Shown one piece after another: positions 61,277 to 64,000 of a DNA stretch of 64,000 nucleotides. Source of the DNA: an uncultured delta proteobacterium. Lineage in GTDB: Bacteria; Desulfobacterota; Desulfobacteria; Desulfobacterales; B30-G6. The position numbers and the translations under genes are program-made. The stretch is from NCBI GenBank assembly GCA_963823335.1, contig CAWGLD010000001.1:1184001-1248000 (forward strand). The letters run 5' to 3'. The notes under the pieces were generated by a model that saw only the letters and a program-made list of their open reading frames with translations, was not told where the DNA came from and searched no databases. Positions within the stretch are counted from its first letter, which is position 1, and each line of letters starts with the position of its first letter.

Positions 61277-61535
61277 GGCAACCCCCTTATCATGCATCAC
61301 CTAAAATTTAAAATTATCATAACATCGGGACCTGGGAGTGTCAATCCTTTAGCGGGAGCTCTTTCGGGACGAAAACGTTGTATGGAAGACGTTTGCCGCC
61401 CTGTTGGAACACATGGAAAAAGGATGCTGAGTATCGGTTTCAAGTTGCCTGTTGCGCTTTGTTTCGACTTCTACTATGAAGTGCTTTTAAGGATGACCAA
61501 GGGCGTTTCGGATACTATGAGAAGAGAGGAGCGTT

Positions 61536-62390
61536 ATGCTTGACACGGAAAAAGACAAGAAATTTAGTGGGGCGACACAGTACGTATTGGACGAGGAACT
61601 GGCGAGTATCGTGAATGTTTCCATGGCACTGGAAATGCCGCTGTTGTTAAAAGGCGAGCCCGGTACCGGGAAGACCATGCTGGCATACGCTATTGCGGAG
61701 AGTCTGCACATGCCGCTGATCGTTCTGAATGTGAAATCGAGCATGAAACTTGTGGAAGCCCTCTATCAGTACGATACACTTACACGGCTCAATGACAGTC
61801 GATTCAGTGACTCTGCAAGGGATGTCAGTAACATCGAGGACTATATCAAAATGGGCAAGATCGGCCAGGCCTTTACATCGGATGTCCGGACCGTGTTACT
61901 CATCGACGAAATCGACAAGGCAGACACTGATTTTCAGGATGACATGCTCGATGTCCTGGATCAGATGGAATTTGATATCATCGAGATCGACAAGGTTATA
62001 AAAACCAAACATCGACCGGTGATCATCATTACTTCCAATGCCAAGAAAGACCTGTCAGACCCATTTTTGGGAAGATGCAATTTTCATCACATTGCATTTC
62101 CGGACCCAAAGATGATGCGCAGGATCATCAATGTTCATTTTCCGACGCTGGGTTCCGACCTGACCGATACCGCCATCGATACTTTTTACCGGCTGCGGGA
62201 GTTGGATGCCGTGGAAAAACGTCCAGCCACCCGGGAATTGATCAACTGGATCCGGGCCCTGGATTCGGATCCGGACTTCAAACCGAAAAATCTTTCCAAG
62301 GGTGAGGTGCCGTTTCTGGGTGTGCTGTTCAAAAAAAGCCAGGACTACAGCAGGGCGGTGCAGCAGACGGAGCGCAGACGTTTATTTTAG
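61536..62390 (+). CDS. MoxR-family AAA+ ATPase
   Basis: KGEPGTGKT, LLIDEIDKAD, IITSN. Confidence 0.92.
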   Translation: MLDTEKDKKFSGATQYVLDEELASIVNVSMALEMPLLLKGEPGTGKTMLAYAIAESLHMPLIVLNVKSSMKLVEALYQYDTLTRLNDSRFSDSARDVSNIEDYIKMGKIGQAFTSDVRTVLLIDEIDKADTDFQDDMLDVLDQMEFDIIEIDKVIKTKHRPVIIITSNAKKDLSDPFLGRCNFHHIAFPDPKMMRRIINVHFPTLGSDLTDTAIDTFYRLRELDAVEKRPATRELINWIRALDSDPDFKPKNLSKGEVPFLGVLFKKSQDYSRAVQQTERRRLF

Positions 62391-62536
62391 AAGTCATCTC
62401 AAAAAATGTCTTTTGGCCCAATCTCTGTGTTGGCTTCGCGTTTCAACCCCTTAAAATACTTTAGTATTCCTGCGGATTGAAACGTTTGTCCGCCTTGAGC
62501 GTGAACCAAAATCTTATTTTTTCAGACAACTTCTTA
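62388..62536. mobile_element. MITE-like element, family B (reverse orientation)
   Basis: TAGAAGTCATCTCAAAAAA/TTTTTTCAGACAACTTCT; core is the reverse complement of the 51759 copy. Confidence 0.8.
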
Positions 62537-62556
62537 TAAAATCGTGGAGCGATTTT

Positions 62557-63747
62557 ATGTTTATCGATTTTTTCTACAAACTCAAGGAAACCGGTATTCC
62601 GGTAAGCCCGACGGCCTTTTTGACACTCCACAAGGCCTTGAACAGGGGGCTTGTCCGGTCGCTCGATGAATTTTATACGTCCGCCCGCACGATCCTGGTC
62701 AAGAGCGAGCGCTACTTCGATCTGTTCGACCAGGTATTTGCCCACCACTTCAAAGGGGCAGAAATGCCGGACTATGAAGGCTTCGAGTTGGACGAGATGG
62801 CCAGGGCGTTGCTGGAGTCCTGGCTTCAGAATCCCAAGGAGATTGCCGACGCACTTGGTATCGATGAAAAAGAGCTCAAAAATCTCTCACCCGAAGAACT
62901 GATCGAATACTTCAAGGAGCGTCTCAAAGAACAGACCGAGGAACATCACGGGGGCAGCAAGTGGATTGGAACCGGGGGCACATCCCCCGTGGGTCACTCC
63001 GGTTTTCATCCGGGGGGCATGCGGGTGGGCGGGGTGTCACGAAACAGGTCGGCCGTCAAAGTGGCCATGGACAGGCGGTATAAGGATTACTCTCTCAGTG
63101 GCCCTCTGACCCAGGCCATGATGGGTGAGGCCCTGAAAAGGTTGCGCAACCTGGTACCGGTGGGACCCAAGGACCAGGTCAACATCGAAGAGACCATCTA
63201 CCAGACCATGAAGAATGCCGGTGAAATCGATATCGTATTTGACCGGGACTTGAGAGACAGGTTGAAGGTGATTCTTGCCATCGACAACGGTGGCTGGTCC
63301 ATGGATCCATACGTGACGGTGGTTCAGACGCTCTTTGATTACACGCGGGCGCAGTTCAAGGACCTGAAAACCTATTTTTTCCATAACACCATTTACAGCA
63401 CCTTGTGGGAAGATGCGCCCCGCTATAAAAAACCTTTTAGAATAGAGAATTGTATTCGCTTCGATCCGGAAACACGCATCATCATCGTGGGCGATGCCAG
63501 CATGGCGCCCTATGAGCTCATGGCTGCGGATGGTTCCATCCACCTGGAGGAGCGAAGCGGAAAACGGAGTGTTGACTGCCTGCAGTTTCTGGCGGACACC
63601 TTTTCGCATTGTGTCTGGTTGAACCCCATACCTCAAAAAATGTGGAGCTATACCCAGACCATTCTGGCCATCAATAACATCTTCCCCATGTACGAGCTGT
63701 CCATTGACGGTCTGGAAAAGGCCGTTACCCACCTGATGTCCAAATAA
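62557..63747 (+). CDS. VWA-domain partner of MoxR
   Basis: MFIDFFYKL, HHGGSKWIGTGGTSP, IDNGGWSM, FFHN, VGDASMAPYE, WLNP. Confidence 0.9.
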   Translation: MFIDFFYKLKETGIPVSPTAFLTLHKALNRGLVRSLDEFYTSARTILVKSERYFDLFDQVFAHHFKGAEMPDYEGFELDEMARALLESWLQNPKEIADALGIDEKELKNLSPEELIEYFKERLKEQTEEHHGGSKWIGTGGTSPVGHSGFHPGGMRVGGVSRNRSAVKVAMDRRYKDYSLSGPLTQAMMGEALKRLRNLVPVGPKDQVNIEETIYQTMKNAGEIDIVFDRDLRDRLKVILAIDNGGWSMDPYVTVVQTLFDYTRAQFKDLKTYFFHNTIYSTLWEDAPRYKKPFRIENCIRFDPETRIIIVGDASMAPYELMAADGSIHLEERSGKRSVDCLQFLADTFSHCVWLNPIPQKMWSYTQTILAINNIFPMYELSIDGLEKAVTHLMSK

Positions 63748-64000
63748 ATTTATATGCTTTTTCCTAAATTATTCTTGTGCGAATGCAGGCCAATTATTTT
63801 TTCAATGGCCATCGAATTTGATAAACTGGCCTCACCCGCCCAGTATAAAATCAATGCTAACCAATTGATTTATTAGACCGAAGATTTATGGCGTTATGTC
63901 AACTGTCTGGTGTCAATAACGATCCAGCCTTTTGTTACACAATCAACACCTAAGGGGTGCTGTCGGGATTGATGTAATCACCGCTTTTCGGTAATGATAA

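Overview
Bacterial chromosomal window whose gene content suggests an anaerobic Desulfobacterales-like deltaproteobacterium (inference). Most of it is housekeeping and transport: HD-GYP, NifS, NAD salvage (pncB, nicotinamidase-like, NAD kinase), liv and dpp ABC systems, an Mla-like operon, metK/ahcY, ssb, uvrA, tatA and two MoxR/VWA pairs. Three things stand out that the ORF track splits or hides. (1) Tandem dimethylamine (MtbB) and trimethylamine (MttB) methyltransferase genes each carry an in-frame TAG at the family's pyrrolysine position, and copies of one repeat family sit around them. (2) A signal-peptide rhodanese has TGA-GCA-TGA at its active-site loop followed by a SECIS-like hairpin, i.e. 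a predicted U-x-U double-selenocysteine protein, so the window implies a 22-amino-acid code. (3) An F0-only, Na+-type ATP synthase operon encodes both a normal c subunit and a four-hairpin fused c subunit in which only one of four ion-binding Glu is kept. It lies among Na+-type transporters, USP proteins and a two-component system. Several short palindromic or MITE-like repeat families sit at gene boundaries and often overlap stop codons. No rRNA, intact tRNA, CRISPR array or transposase gene was seen. All family calls come from motif recognition, not database searches.
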